Origin: an uncultured Candidatus Rokubacteria bacterium
Lineage (GTDB): Bacteria; Methylomirabilota; Methylomirabilia; Rokubacteriales; CSP1-6
Direction: 5' to 3'
Length of the DNA: 64,000 bases
NCBI GenBank assembly: GCA_963754315.1
Contig: CAVWFS010000008.1
Span: 628,990 to 692,989, forward strand
Under the pieces are notes generated by a model, which made no database searches, was not told where the DNA came from, and saw only the letters and a list, made by a program, of their open reading frames with translations. The stretch's first letter is position 1. Every line of letters begins with the position of its first letter. The translations under genes and the position numbers were made by a program. Shown here piece by piece: positions 49,925-60,698 of this stretch.

Positions 49925-51389
49925 ATGACAGGATCTGATCTGGCACCGTTCGTCGAGCGCCGGCAACGATTTGCCGAGGCCATCGGCGACGGCATGGCCG
50001 TTATCCCCGGGGCGCGGGAGGTCTCGCGCAACGGCGACGTTCACTACGAGTTCAGGCAGGACTCGGACTTCTTTTTCCTGACCGGATTCGAGGAACCGGA
50101 CGCGGTCGCTGTTTTCAACCCGTCCCATACCAAGGAGCCCTACGCCCTCTTCGTCCGGCCGCGGGATCGCCAGATGGAGATCTGGAACGGTCGCCGGGCC
50201 GGCGTCGAGGGCGCCATCGGCGTCTACGGCGCCGACAATGCTTATGCCGTCGATCAGCTTGATCCAGAAGCTGCGCGAGTACGCCATCGACCGCGCTACG
50301 CTCTTCTACCGGCTCGGTAACCCGGTGTACGACGGGCGCATCACGCGCTTGCTGAGTGAGCTGCGCGCGGTAGGCCAGCGCGGCCGGACCGTGCCCGTTC
50401 GGGTCGAGGACCCCAGTCCGATCCTGCACGAGCTGCGGCTGCGGCGTTCGCCGGCCGAGCTGGCTCGTCACCGCAAGGCGTGCGAGATCAGCAGCGCGGG
50501 ACACCTCGAGGCCATGCGCTTCGCGGCGCCCGGGCTTCACGAGTACCACGTCCAGGCGGCCCTGGAGTTCGTGTTCCGAAGCCAGGGCTCTCCGCGCAAC
50601 GGCTATCCCTCCATCGTGGCCTCGGGGCCTAACGCGTGCATCTTGCACTACACCGAGAACCGCCGACGGATGGAGGAGGGCGACTTGCTCCTGATCGATG
50701 CGGGCTGTGAGTACGGATACCACAGCGCCGACATCACGCGCACCTTCCCGGTGAACGGGCGCTTTACCAGCCCCCAGCGCGTTATCTACGAGCTGGTATT
50801 GCGCGCCCAGCTGGCGGCCATCGCGGCGGCACGGCCCGGGCATCGATACGAGGCCGTGCACGAGGAAGCCCGGCGCGTGCTGGCCGAAGGGCTGGTCGCG
50901 CTCGGCATCGTGCCACGCGGGGTGGCCGACTCGCTGGCCATGCATCACTACCGCGAATTCTACATGCACGGTACCGGCCACTGGCTCGGCATGGACGTCC
51001 ACGATGTTGGCCGCTATCGAATCCAGCAGCAGTCGCGCATCCTCGAACCCGGTATGGTTCTCACGGTGGAGCCGGGACTCTACTTCGACCCCGACCTGGA
51101 AGCGGCGACCTACTACCTGCGCGAGTACAGCGAGCAGGAGATGTGGGAGCGGCGCGACCGGCTGGGAATGGCGGCGGCGAAGGTCTTCGAGGAGGACGAG
51201 AAGTCCAAGGCGGAGACGATCACCCATCCCGTCCCTCAGGAGTATCGCGGGATCGGCGTGCGCATCGAGGATGACATTCTCATCACGGCCGACGGGTGCG
51301 AGGTTCTCACCGCGGGCACGCCGAAGACGATCGACGACGTCGAGCGTGCGTGCCGGGAGGCGTCAAGGCTGCCGCGGTCCTGGGCGTGA
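49925..51389 (+). CDS. pepP: Xaa-Pro aminopeptidase; frameshift near 50264
   Basis: FRQDSDFFFLTGF.EP, ILHY, LIDAGCE..ADITRTFP, HGTGHWLGMDVHD, TVEPGLY, GVRIEDD. Confidence 0.92.
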
Positions 51390-52096
51390 CTTCTTTAGCG
51401 GTCATCCTCGCCCTCATTCCTCTCCTCGCGGGGTGCGCGGCAACGACCGGGCCTGGCGACACTGCTCCGCGGCTGATTGCGGCGCGCGGGGTCGGTAGGG
51501 TCGCCGTGAAGCCCGACCTGGCGGTGGTGCGGGTGGGCGCGGAGACGCGCGCGCCCACCGTGACCGACGCGACCGCGGACGTATCCCGCCGCATGAACGC
51601 CGTGCTCACTCGTATCAAGGCGCTGGGAGTGGCGGAGCATGACATCACCACGGTTCTCTACTCGATCGACCCCGTTACGGCGCCCCGCCGCACCGAGGAG
51701 GACCCGTCCCGGATCGTCGCCTACCACGTGGCCAACGTCGCGCAGGTGAAGATCCGGGATCTGGCGGCGGCCGGCCGGATCCTCGACGGTGCCCTGGCCG
51801 CGGGAGCCAACACGATTTCCGCCCTTCAGTTCACGATCGACGACCCGCGCCCGGCCGAGGCTGAAGCCCGCGCGATGGCCGTGAAAGCAGCCGCGGTCAC
51901 CGCTCAGCAGCTCGCTGCGGCCGCCGGTGTGCGCCTGGGGGAAGTCGTTTCCGTGACGGAGGGGTCAGCCGTTCGCCCTCCGGTGGGACGGGTGATGCTA
52001 CAGTCCGCGGCCGCGCAGGCGATGTCGGCCGGTCCCGTCGAGTCGGGCCAGTACGAGGTCGTCGTGAGCGTCGAGGCGCACTACCGGATTCATTGA
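51386..52096 (+). CDS. SIMPL (DUF541) lipoprotein
   Basis: LAGC lipobox, G.G.V.VKPDLA, AGAN.I, A.AAGVRLG. Confidence 0.85.
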   Translation: MTSLAVILALIPLLAGCAATTGPGDTAPRLIAARGVGRVAVKPDLAVVRVGAETRAPTVTDATADVSRRMNAVLTRIKALGVAEHDITTVLYSIDPVTAPRRTEEDPSRIVAYHVANVAQVKIRDLAAAGRILDGALAAGANTISALQFTIDDPRPAEAEARAMAVKAAAVTAQQLAAAAGVRLGEVVSVTEGSAVRPPVGRVMLQSAAAQAMSAGPVESGQYEVVVSVEAHYRIH

Positions 52097-52111
52097 TTCG
52101 AGGTTTCTGCC

Positions 52112-52972
52112 TCAGCGGCTGGCGTAGTTGGCGATGATGTAGCCCGCGATGCTGTGGCGCGAGGGACCGGTGGGGAGCTCCCCGCAGGGGAACCAGCGGG
52201 CATCCTCGAGCTCCTCCTCGTCGACCTTGACGTCCCCTCCCGCATACTCGGCCACGAAGCCCACCATGAGCTGGCTCGGGAAGGGCCAGTTCTGGCTGCC
52301 CACGTAGCGGATATCCTTGACGTCCACGCCGACCTCTTCCTTGACCTCGCGTTCGACGGCGCCTTCCAGGCATTCGCCGTTGTCGACGAAGCCCGCCACC
52401 AGCGCGTACCGGCCAGGCGCCCATTCCCGCTTGCGCGCGAGCAAGCAGCGATTACCGTCACGAACGAGGACGATCACGGCCGGATGCAGGTGCGGATAGT
52501 GCTCGTAGCGGCAGCGCGGGCACCGCTTGCCCCACTCGTTCTCGATCCGCTCCGTACGCTCGCCGCAGCGAGGGCAGTGCCCGCTCGTGCTCTCCCACCA
52601 TAGCGCCTGCATGGCCATACCCCCGAGCGACAGCAGGTCGTCGGGAAGGCGCGTGCCGCGCATGGGGACGAGGGTCTCGCGCTGGAATCCGGGCGGCAGG
52701 CTGGCGTCTTGGGAAAGCTGGGTCACCCAGCACGGGGTGTCGTGATAGGTGCCGAGCCAGATCGGAGAGGTCGCGGCCGAGAGCTCCGCGGGCGATTCGC
52801 CCACCGGCAGCCGAAGCTGCCCGGCGTCCTCGACGACGGCAATGTTCTGCTCCTGGACGATGAGCCAGTGGCCGGAGAGCGGAGGCGGCGACGCGCCACG
52901 CTTGGCCGGTACGAAGGCGCCGCGCAGGCAGTCACGGTTGAAGGGCAGATACACGGACAGGGGCGTGGGCAT
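52112..52972 (-). CDS. nudC: NADH pyrophosphatase
   Basis: CPRCG..CPRC Zn ribbon, AGFV..GE.LE.AV.REVKEEVG Nudix box, SQNWPFPSQLM. Confidence 0.92.
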   Translation of the reverse strand: MPTPLSVYLPFNRDCLRGAFVPAKRGASPPPLSGHWLIVQEQNIAVVEDAGQLRLPVGESPAELSAATSPIWLGTYHDTPCWVTQLSQDASLPPGFQRETLVPMRGTRLPDDLLSLGGMAMQALWWESTSGHCPRCGERTERIENEWGKRCPRCRYEHYPHLHPAVIVLVRDGNRCLLARKREWAPGRYALVAGFVDNGECLEGAVEREVKEEVGVDVKDIRYVGSQNWPFPSQLMVGFVAEYAGGDVKVDEEELEDARWFPCGELPTGPSRHSIAGYIIANYASR

Positions 52973-53391
52973 CAGGTCAGCCCTCGACTGACGACACGTG
53001 AGGGCACGATGCGAAACATCACCCGGTTGGCAGGCATACGGCGGCCGCCCCAGAGACGCTCCAGATCGGGGCGGTACTTCTCGTGGAAGCGCTCGACCAG
53101 GGCTCCCCGCGCCGGCGTGTCGTCGAGAAACTCCACCCGTCCCTGCACGGTCACGCTCTGGATGTCTCGGCGCGTGCCACTCTCGGCGACCACGGACACG
53201 CGTGGATCACGCCGCAGGTTCGCGACCTTGGTCAGGCCGTCGACGCTGATCATGGTCAGCCCCTGGGGATCGTGCAGGAACCACATCGGTGTGACCAGCG
53301 GCGCTCCGCTCCGGAGCACCGTGGCCAGCACCACCACGTCCTTGCCGTCCAGATACCGCTGGATGCGCGCGTCGCCGAGTCCCTCGCCCAT
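52972..53391 (-). CDS. Pyridoxamine 5'-phosphate oxidase family (split barrel, F420/FMN)
   Basis: LATV..SG.P.VTPMWF, KVANLRRDPRVS. Confidence 0.82.
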   Translation of the reverse strand: MGEGLGDARIQRYLDGKDVVVLATVLRSGAPLVTPMWFLHDPQGLTMISVDGLTKVANLRRDPRVSVVAESGTRRDIQSVTVQGRVEFLDDTPARGALVERFHEKYRPDLERLWGGRRMPANRVMFRIVPSRVVSRGLT

Positions 53392-53394
53392 CGA

Positions 53395-54540
53395 CTAGTG
53401 TTCGTGGGAGAGCACGATGGTGCCCGCCGCCGACAGCATGCCGCCCATTCCGTTCACGAGGGAGAGCTTGGCGCCGGGGACCTGACGGGCGCCGGCTTCA
53501 CCGCGCTGCTGGCGCACGGCCTCGATGATGGGGAAGATCCCGTACATCCCAGTGTGGGTGTAGGAGAGACCGCCCCCGTTGGTGTTGATGGGCAGCGAGC
53601 CTCCCGGCGTCGAGCGGCCATCTTCGAAGAAGTGCACACCCTCCCCGGGCTTCGCGACGCCCAGTGACTCGAGCATGATGGGAGGCCCCGAGGTGAACGC
53701 GTCGTACAGCATGATGTGGTCGAAGTCCCTCGCCGTGACGCCGGCCATGGCAAAAGCGCGGTGACCCGACAGGCGGGTGGATTCGCTGAAGGTCAGCTTC
53801 TTCATCTGGGTGAGCGAGACGTGCTCGGTGGCCTCACCCATTCCCCGCACCCACACGGGCTTCTTGGCGCAGTCCCGGGCCCGATCGGGCCGAGTCAGCA
53901 CGACCGCCCCCCCGCCGTCGGTGACCAGGCAGATGTTGAGCAGGTTGAAGGGCCACACCACCGGCCTCGAGCTCAGGACATCGGCCACCGTGATGGGTTT
54001 GCGGTGCATGGCCTTGGGGTTGAGGCAGGCCCAGGCCCGCGTCGACACCGCCACCTGTGCCCACTGCTCGAGCGTGGTTCCGTACTCGTGCATGTGGCGC
54101 GTGGTGATCAGGCTGAACCAGGTGGGCGCGGCCCCGAAGCCGTAGGGAATCTCGTACTGACCCGACAGCGCGGTGTCGCGCGCGCGGGTCACGCCGACAC
54201 CCGAGCGACCGCTCTCGCCGTGGGAGATCACGGCCACGTCACAGAGGCCGTGGTGAAGCGCCGCCACCGCGTGCTCCACCATGATGATGAACGAGCACCC
54301 GCCGACGCTGGTGCCGTCGACATAGCGGGGGGTGACCCCGAGCGCCTCGCCCAGCAGGGCCGGTGAGTGCTGACCAGCCGTGAAGATCCCGTCGATGTCG
54401 CGCACCTTGAGGCCGGCGTCGCGCACGGCATTGGCGATGGCCTCCAGATGCAGGGAGAGCTGACTCTTGCCGGGCAGGATGCCGATCTCGTCGCTCTCGT
54501 CGACTCCCACGATACAGGCGGCGTTGGACAGGTCCTTCAT
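53395..54540 (-). CDS. SCP-x/thiolase-like protein (partner of DUF35)
   Basis: GGCS, LNPKA, CLVTDGGGA, LYDAFT, NTNGGGLSYTH. Confidence 0.87.
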   Translation of the reverse strand: MKDLSNAACIVGVDESDEIGILPGKSQLSLHLEAIANAVRDAGLKVRDIDGIFTAGQHSPALLGEALGVTPRYVDGTSVGGCSFIIMVEHAVAALHHGLCDVAVISHGESGRSGVGVTRARDTALSGQYEIPYGFGAAPTWFSLITTRHMHEYGTTLEQWAQVAVSTRAWACLNPKAMHRKPITVADVLSSRPVVWPFNLLNICLVTDGGGAVVLTRPDRARDCAKKPVWVRGMGEATEHVSLTQMKKLTFSESTRLSGHRAFAMAGVTARDFDHIMLYDAFTSGPPIMLESLGVAKPGEGVHFFEDGRSTPGGSLPINTNGGGLSYTHTGMYGIFPIIEAVRQQRGEAGARQVPGAKLSLVNGMGGMLSAAGTIVLSHEH

Positions 54541-54953
54541 GATGCTGGCTCCCACAGGGGAATGGTGACGTCATCGGTGAGCTTCGAGAAGACCACTCGC
54601 ACCGGCATGTCGCAGCGCAGGGCCTTGGGGTCGGGCGCGACGTTGATCAGATTCGTGAGCATGCGAGGGCCCTCGGCCAGCTCGACCATGGCCAGGATGT
54701 AGGGCGGCGGAACTTTCATGGCGCGGTTGATGGACTGGTGCGCGATGGCGAACGAGTAGAGCGTGCCTCGCCCGCTGGCTTTGATCCACCCGATGTCGCG
54801 GGCTCCACAACGCGGGCAGAGCACGCGCGGGTAGAAGAAGGTGTCCCCGCATGCCGTGCAGCGGGGCAGCATCAGCGCGCCCTCTTTCAGGCCATCCCAG
54901 TACGGCTTGGCTTCGGGCGTGATCGGTTGGGGAAGCGGACGTTCCGGGTCCAT
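54537..54953 (-). CDS. DUF35 Zn-ribbon/OB-fold protein
   Basis: CTACG..YPR..CPRCG, SGRGTLYSF, VELAEGPRM. Confidence 0.9.
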   Translation of the reverse strand: MDPERPLPQPITPEAKPYWDGLKEGALMLPRCTACGDTFFYPRVLCPRCGARDIGWIKASGRGTLYSFAIAHQSINRAMKVPPPYILAMVELAEGPRMLTNLINVAPDPKALRCDMPVRVVFSKLTDDVTIPLWEPAS

Positions 54954-55010
54954 TGCGCTCCTTTCGTGACACGCGTCCGGCCGAGAGTAGGCGGAGCCTG
55001 CCGTTCCGTC

Positions 55011-55076
55011 AAGGGTGAGAGATTTCTCTGCTGTTGCTACATGAAAATGTCCGGGGGTAAGGGTGAGAGATTTCTC
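55011..55076. promoter_or_regulatory. Two identical 18-bp direct repeats, each near-palindromic (putative operator pair)
   Basis: AAGGGTGAGAGATTTCTC at 55011-55028 and 55059-55076 in a divergent intergenic region. Confidence 0.7.
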
Positions 55077-55190
55077 AGGAACGTCTCATGGTGTCCTCAT
55101 GTTGGGCGCGTACGTTCACTACAGGTCGCGTCGGCTGCCTTCGCGGGCCGCGCGAACCCAACACAACCGAGTCGCACAGGAGGAGACGTC

Positions 55191-55573
55191 ATGAAGAAGT
55201 TCGTCGCGTTCGTGATAGCGGCGGCGGCCGTGCCGGCCCTGGTGGGCCCTGGCTTCGCCCAGACCGAGAAGAAGCCGGCTACGCCCCGGCCGTGACCGAG
55301 ACCGACAAGAAGCCTGCCACCGCGCCTGCCCCGGCCAAGATGGAGTCGGCGCGCGAGGCGGCCGTGAAGAACCTGACGGGGGAGATCGTCGCGATGGACC
55401 AGACGGCCAAGACGGTCACCGTGAAGCACATGGTGGACAAGAAGGCCGCCCAGGTCACGTTCAATGTCGAGGACACCGCGGTGCTGATGCAGTTCAAGGC
55501 AGGCGACCACGTCAAGGTCACCTACGCCGAGATGGGTGACAAGCGGATCGTCAAGAACATCGTCAAGGGGTAA
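55191..55573 (+). CDS. Small secreted OB-fold-like protein; frameshift near 55283
   Basis: AGGAGG RBS, signal peptide MKKFVAFVIAAAAVPALVGPGFA, then LTGEIVAMD..KTVTVK..FKAGDHVKVTY. Confidence 0.7.
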
Positions 55574-55670
55574 GGAGCATGACCGGTGACGCGGGGCCCC
55601 GAGACCGTCGGTTCCAGGGCTCCGCGTCACTCCGGGTATCGAGGGTACACTAACCGAGGGGAGGCTCCAT

Positions 55671-58481
55671 ATGCGTCGGCTCGCGAACCTGGTCGTCCTT
55701 CTGACACTGCTGGTGGGTTTGGTTGGAGCGGCCTCGACGCCGCCGGCCGACCAGGTCCTCCCGACCGATCCGGCGCTGACGACGGGGACTCTCGCCAACG
55801 GCCTCACCTACATCGTCCGCCCGCACAAGAACCCTGAGGGCCGCGTGAGCGTCTGGCTGCACGTGGGCACCGGCTCCCTGAACGAGACGGAAGCGACCCG
55901 CGGGCTCGCCCACTACCTCGAGCACATGGCCTTCAACGGGTCGACCAATTTTCCCCCGGGCTCGGTCGTGCCCTTCTTTCAGTCGCTCGGTCTGAACTTC
56001 GGACGTGACCAGAACGCCTTCACGAGCTTCGATCAGACCGTGTACCAGCTCGCCCTGCCCGACACCAAGCCAGAGACACTGGAGAAGGCCATGCTGTTCA
56101 TGGCCGACGTGGCCATGCGGCTGACCCTGCCCGCCACTGAGATCGACAACGAGCGACAGATCATCCTGGAAGAGCTGCGGTCGCGATCGGGCGTTCGACA
56201 ACGCGTCCAGGACTACCTCTACGAGCGCATGGCGCCGGAATCGACCGTGGGCCGACGGCTGCCCATCGGGTCGGAGGCGACCATCAAGGCGGTGGGACCG
56301 GGAGACTTCCGCGATTACTACTCCCGCTGGTACGTGCCGAGCAACATGACGGTGATCGTCGTCGGCGACGTCGACCCAGCGGCGGCCGTCGACGCGATCC
56401 GCAAGCAGTTTGACGGAGCCACCGCCGCCCCGCTCCCCGTGCCCCGTGAGGCAGGTGTCCAGGCCACGAAGGGGACGCGGGCCATCGTGGTCACTGATCC
56501 CGAGCTGACGCGGGCGGGGGTCTCGATCATGCGAGTGGAGCCGCCGCGAGCGCCGACGGTGACCGTGGGACAGAAGCGCAGCGAGCTCGTGGACTACATG
56601 GGGAGCTGGATGTTCAATCGTCGCATGAGCCAGGAGCTGGCCGTGGGTGCGGTGGCCTTCCTGGATGCCAGCGCCTCCTCGCATCAATGGTTCAGGGCCC
56701 TTCATGTCACCAGCGTCGACGCCTCCGGCAAGCCGGAGACGTGGCCGGCCATGCTGACCGATCTCGGGACCGCGCTCCAGCGGGCGCGCCTGCATGGCTT
56801 CACGACCCAGGACCTGGAGGAGGCGCGAGCAGCCATCCTCGCGCAGGCCGAGGATGCGGCGCAACGCGAGGCCACACGCCCGGCGCCGGCCGTGCTGCGC
56901 CAGATCAACTCGAAGGTGGCGCGGCGCGAGCCCATCATGTCGGCGAGCCAGAATCTCGCCCTGCTCAAGCAGCTGCTGCCAGGCCTCACCGCCGACGAGG
57001 TCTCCAAGAGATTTACCGCGCTCTTCGATCCCACCGACGCCATCTTCGTCATCGAGCTGCCCTCTGGCAGCGCGGTGCCCACAGAGGCGGCCCTCATCGC
57101 GGCGGGCCGGGCCGCCGTCGACGTGAAGCCAGACAAGCCGGCGGAGATCGCTCGGGCCACCTCGCTGCTGGCCGCGGTTCCTCGCGCCGGCACGATCGTC
57201 GACCGCCAGGAGCACACGGCGAGCGGCGTCACCTCGGTCCGCCTCGACAATGGCGTGCGTGCCCATCATCGCTTCATGGATCAGCGCAAGAACGAAGCGA
57301 CCGTCGCCATCACCCTGGCCGGCGGCATGATCCAGGAGGACGGATCGACCCGAGGGATCACCGAGGCGGCCTCCCAGGCGTGGGAGCGCCCAGCCACCAG
57401 CGTGCTCTCCAGTCCCCAGATCGAGAGCCTGCTGACGGGAAAGAAGGTCCGCGTGCGGAGCGAGGTCGGACCCGACACCGTGACCCTCACGGTGTCCGGC
57501 AATCCGCAAGACCTCGAGACTGGGCTCCAGCTCGCGTACTTGTTGCTCACCGACCCCGTCATCGAGGGAGCCGCCCTCGGGCAGTGGAAGGAGAAGGAGA
57601 TCCAGGCCATCGCGGCGCGGCAACGAGAGCCGTGGGGCGTCCTGGAAGAGTCGATGGCGGCAGCCCTCTATCCGCGGGACGCCGCGCGCCTGCATCCGCT
57701 GACGGCCGATCAGGTACGCGCTCTCTCGCGGGAGGCGGCCCAGGCGTGGCTCCGGAAGCTCATCGCCAGCGCCCCCATCGAGGTGGCCGTGGTTGGCGAC
57801 ATCGAGCGCGACCGGGCCCTCTCGCTGGTGACGACGTACCTCGGCTCGCTTCCCGCGCGGGATGTCATCTCGGACAAGACCCTGCGCGAGCTACGCACCA
57901 TCGTCCGTCCCCAGGGCCCGATCTCTGTCAAGCGCACGGTTGACGCGGCCGCGCCCCAGGCGGCGGTGCTGGAGGGCTTCTTCGGCGCCGACATCCAGAA
58001 CATCCGGGACGTCCGGCTCCTGGCGGCGGCGGCGCGGGTCCTCAGCTCGCGCATGTACAAGACCATTCGCGAAGAAAAGCAGCTCGTGTACAGCATCGGA
58101 GCGGGATCACGGCCGGCCTTCGAGTATCCGGGCTTCGGCCTCTTCGCGGCGCAGGCGCCGGCCGACCCCTCCAAGACGGACGCGCTGACGGCGGCGGTGG
58201 AGGAGATGTACGTGGCCTTCGCCAAGACTGGCCCCACCGAGGACGAGATGACGGTGGCGCGAAAGCAGCTCGTCAACACCGTCGATCAGACCCTCAAGAA
58301 CCCCGAGTTCTGGGTGGCGCGCCTGTCCACGCTCGACTATCGGGGGGCGGATCTCGGCGAGCTGGTGCAGGGCAAGCAGCACTACGAGCAGATGACGCCG
58401 GCTGACGTGCGCTCTGCCTTCGCGCGTTACTTCGCGCCGACATCGCAGCTGCGCTTCGTGGTGGTGCCGGCGACGCGCTAG
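55671..58481 (+). CDS. M16 family zinc peptidase (PqqL-like), secreted
   Basis: GLAHYLEHMAFNGS (HxxEH), NAFTSFDQTVY, IREEKQLVYS; signal peptide. Confidence 0.93.
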   Translation: MRRLANLVVLLTLLVGLVGAASTPPADQVLPTDPALTTGTLANGLTYIVRPHKNPEGRVSVWLHVGTGSLNETEATRGLAHYLEHMAFNGSTNFPPGSVVPFFQSLGLNFGRDQNAFTSFDQTVYQLALPDTKPETLEKAMLFMADVAMRLTLPATEIDNERQIILEELRSRSGVRQRVQDYLYERMAPESTVGRRLPIGSEATIKAVGPGDFRDYYSRWYVPSNMTVIVVGDVDPAAAVDAIRKQFDGATAAPLPVPREAGVQATKGTRAIVVTDPELTRAGVSIMRVEPPRAPTVTVGQKRSELVDYMGSWMFNRRMSQELAVGAVAFLDASASSHQWFRALHVTSVDASGKPETWPAMLTDLGTALQRARLHGFTTQDLEEARAAILAQAEDAAQREATRPAPAVLRQINSKVARREPIMSASQNLALLKQLLPGLTADEVSKRFTALFDPTDAIFVIELPSGSAVPTEAALIAAGRAAVDVKPDKPAEIARATSLLAAVPRAGTIVDRQEHTASGVTSVRLDNGVRAHHRFMDQRKNEATVAITLAGGMIQEDGSTRGITEAASQAWERPATSVLSSPQIESLLTGKKVRVRSEVGPDTVTLTVSGNPQDLETGLQLAYLLLTDPVIEGAALGQWKEKEIQAIAARQREPWGVLEESMAAALYPRDAARLHPLTADQVRALSREAAQAWLRKLIASAPIEVAVVGDIERDRALSLVTTYLGSLPARDVISDKTLRELRTIVRPQGPISVKRTVDAAAPQAAVLEGFFGADIQNIRDVRLLAAAARVLSSRMYKTIREEKQLVYSIGAGSRPAFEYPGFGLFAAQAPADPSKTDALTAAVEEMYVAFAKTGPTEDEMTVARKQLVNTVDQTLKNPEFWVARLSTLDYRGADLGELVQGKQHYEQMTPADVRSAFARYFAPTSQLRFVVVPATR

Positions 58482-58563
58482 CGCTATTCGATAATCTGAT
58501 CAGCCTGCAACAGCAGCGCCGGCGGGGTCGAGCCAGCGGCGCGTCATGGTAGGCCCCGCCGAG

Positions 58564-59374
58564 TCACAACCCGGCGAAGAAGTCGCGGGCGGCGAGCTTG
58601 TCCGCCAGGTTGCCGAAGGCCATCGCGTAGTGGCCCCGGTAGCCCCCTGACTCCAGCCGCCTGAAGAGGGACGCGAAGTCGATCGTTCCTTCTCCCGGCT
58701 TCAGGTGAACCTCGTACTCGCCGGTGTTGTCAGCCAGTCGGACCTCGCCGATTCGCGCCACACCGAAGGCGTCGAGGAATCCCTCGATGCCCTCGGGCAC
58801 CAGGTGGGCATGGTTGACCGTGAAGGCCCAGCCGAAGTGCTCGGACCGAAATCTCGTCGAAGTACGGCCGACACTCCTCCACCGTGTGGGCCAGGTAGTG
58901 CACCTCGGCCCGTTCGGGCTCCACGTTGAGGTTTTCCAGGAGGAGCCGGGCCCCGACCTTCTCGGCGTAGGCGGTGAGGCGCCGGAGGCGGTCGAGAGAA
59001 GCGTTCGTCCGGGCCGGGACGTTCGCGCTGAAGTGGAAGCCGGCGTGCACGATCACCCACTCGCAGGCGAGCCGCACGGCCAGGTCCACATTGGCCTGCA
59101 GGTAGGCGTCGACCGCCTCCGCCACCCGTGGCGAGAACTCGGCCACGTTGACCCCGGACAGGGTGTGCAGGCCGAGGTGAAGATTGTGGCGTGCACAGGC
59201 CTCGCGGATGGCGCGCACTCGCGCGGCATCCCACTGATCGATGTGATTGGGGCCGAGGTCGGCGTTGAAATCGAGATAGTGGAACTGGTTTCGCGCCGCC
59301 CACTCGATGGTGTCCTCGAGACGGGTGCCACCGGTGTCCACGCCGAGGCGATCGCGCAGGGTGTCAGGGCTCAT
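58564..59374 (-). CDS. Sugar phosphate isomerase/epimerase (xylose-isomerase-like TIM barrel); frameshift near 58847
   Basis: VIVHAG, LLLENL, then VNHAH..DN.G..EVHL.PGEGTIDF. Confidence 0.8.
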
Positions 59375-59447
59375 CGCTCCGCCGACTATACCAGGCTCCC
59401 GTTTAGGGTACACTCGGGCAAACACTCGCTGAAGGAAGGACACGGCC

Positions 59448-60635
59448 ATGAGAGAAGCTGTCGTCGTCGCCAGCTCGCGCACGCCCCTTGCCAAGTCGCA
59501 TCGGGGTTCCTTCAACCTGACGCGGCCGGACGACCTCGCCGCTCACGCCATCAAGCACGCCCTCGGGAAGGTCCCCCAGCTCGACGTCAAGGAGGTCGAG
59601 GACGTCATCCTGGGCTGCGGACAGCCACACGGAGCGCAGGGGCACAACATTGCCCGGGTGGCCGCGGTGCGGGCCGGGCTGCCCGTGACCGTTGCCGGCA
59701 CCACCGTCAACCGCTTCTGCTCCTCCGGCCTGCAGGCCATCGCCATGGCGGCCCATCACATCATGAACGAGGGAGTGGAGGCGGCCATCGGCGGTGGCGT
59801 CGAGAGCATCACCATGATGCAGCGGGACAGCAGTCCCAACCCGTGGGTGAAGGAGCACTACCCGGGGATCTACATGGTCATGGGCGATACGGCCGAGGTG
59901 GTGGCCAAGCGATACAAGGTCAGCCGTGAAGCACAGGACGAGTACGCCCTCGCGAGTCAGAAGCGCACGGCTCGCGCGCAGCAGGAAGGCTTCTTCAAGG
60001 AAGAGCTGGCGCCCATGCAGGTCGAGCGGGGGATTCTCGACAAGAAGACGGGCGAGATCGCCGGCAAGGAAGACTTCTTCGTGGATCGCGACGAGTGCAA
60101 CCGCGCCGATACCACCCTCGATGGCCTGCTCAAGCTGGCCCCCCACTTCGACAAGGACAGTGGTCAGGGCAGCGTCACCGCCGGTAACTCTTCCCAGCTC
60201 TCGGACGGCGCCTCGGCGACCGTGCTTCTCTCGATGGATCGCGCCAAGGCGCTCGGGATCAAGCCCAAGCTGATCTTCCGGGGCTATGCGGTGGCCGGGT
60301 GCGAGCCCGACGAGATGGGCATCGGCCCCGTCTATGCGGTGCCCAAGCTGCTCAAGCGGCACGGCCTCAGCGTGAAGGACATCGACCTGTGGGAGCTGAA
60401 CGAGGCGTTTGCCTCGCAGGTTCTCTACTGTCGCGACCGGCTCGGACTCGATCCCGACAAGCTGAACGTCAACGGGGGGTCCATCTCCATCGGTCATCCG
60501 TTCGGCATGACCGGTTCGCGGCTGGTCGGCACCATCGCCACCGAGATGCAGCGGCGCAAGGCGCGCTACGGCGTGGTGACGATGTGCATCGGCGGCGGCC
60601 AGGGCATGGCCGGCCTCTTCGAAGCCTGTCAGTAG
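59448..60635 (+). CDS. Thiolase (acetyl-CoA C-acyltransferase)
   Basis: [36 protein letters not shown]. Confidence 0.95.
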   Translation: MREAVVVASSRTPLAKSHRGSFNLTRPDDLAAHAIKHALGKVPQLDVKEVEDVILGCGQPHGAQGHNIARVAAVRAGLPVTVAGTTVNRFCSSGLQAIAMAAHHIMNEGVEAAIGGGVESITMMQRDSSPNPWVKEHYPGIYMVMGDTAEVVAKRYKVSREAQDEYALASQKRTARAQQEGFFKEELAPMQVERGILDKKTGEIAGKEDFFVDRDECNRADTTLDGLLKLAPHFDKDSGQGSVTAGNSSQLSDGASATVLLSMDRAKALGIKPKLIFRGYAVAGCEPDEMGIGPVYAVPKLLKRHGLSVKDIDLWELNEAFASQVLYCRDRLGLDPDKLNVNGGSISIGHPFGMTGSRLVGTIATEMQRRKARYGVVTMCIGGGQGMAGLFEACQ

Positions 60636-60645
60636 GTAGTCGGGA

Positions 60646-60674
60646 GGGGCGCTCCGGAAGTCGAGGAGCGCCCC
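60646..60674. terminator. GC hairpin after the thiolase
   Basis: GGGGCGCTCC-N9-GGAGCGCCCC between convergent ORFs. Confidence 0.55.
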
Positions 60675-60698
60675 ACCTTCGAGCCGCGGCGTCCAGAT

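Noticed and set aside
55671..58481. M16 peptidase as the processing enzyme of the GG peptides
   Set aside because: About 38 kb away, a widespread family, and nothing in the sequence links it to the array.
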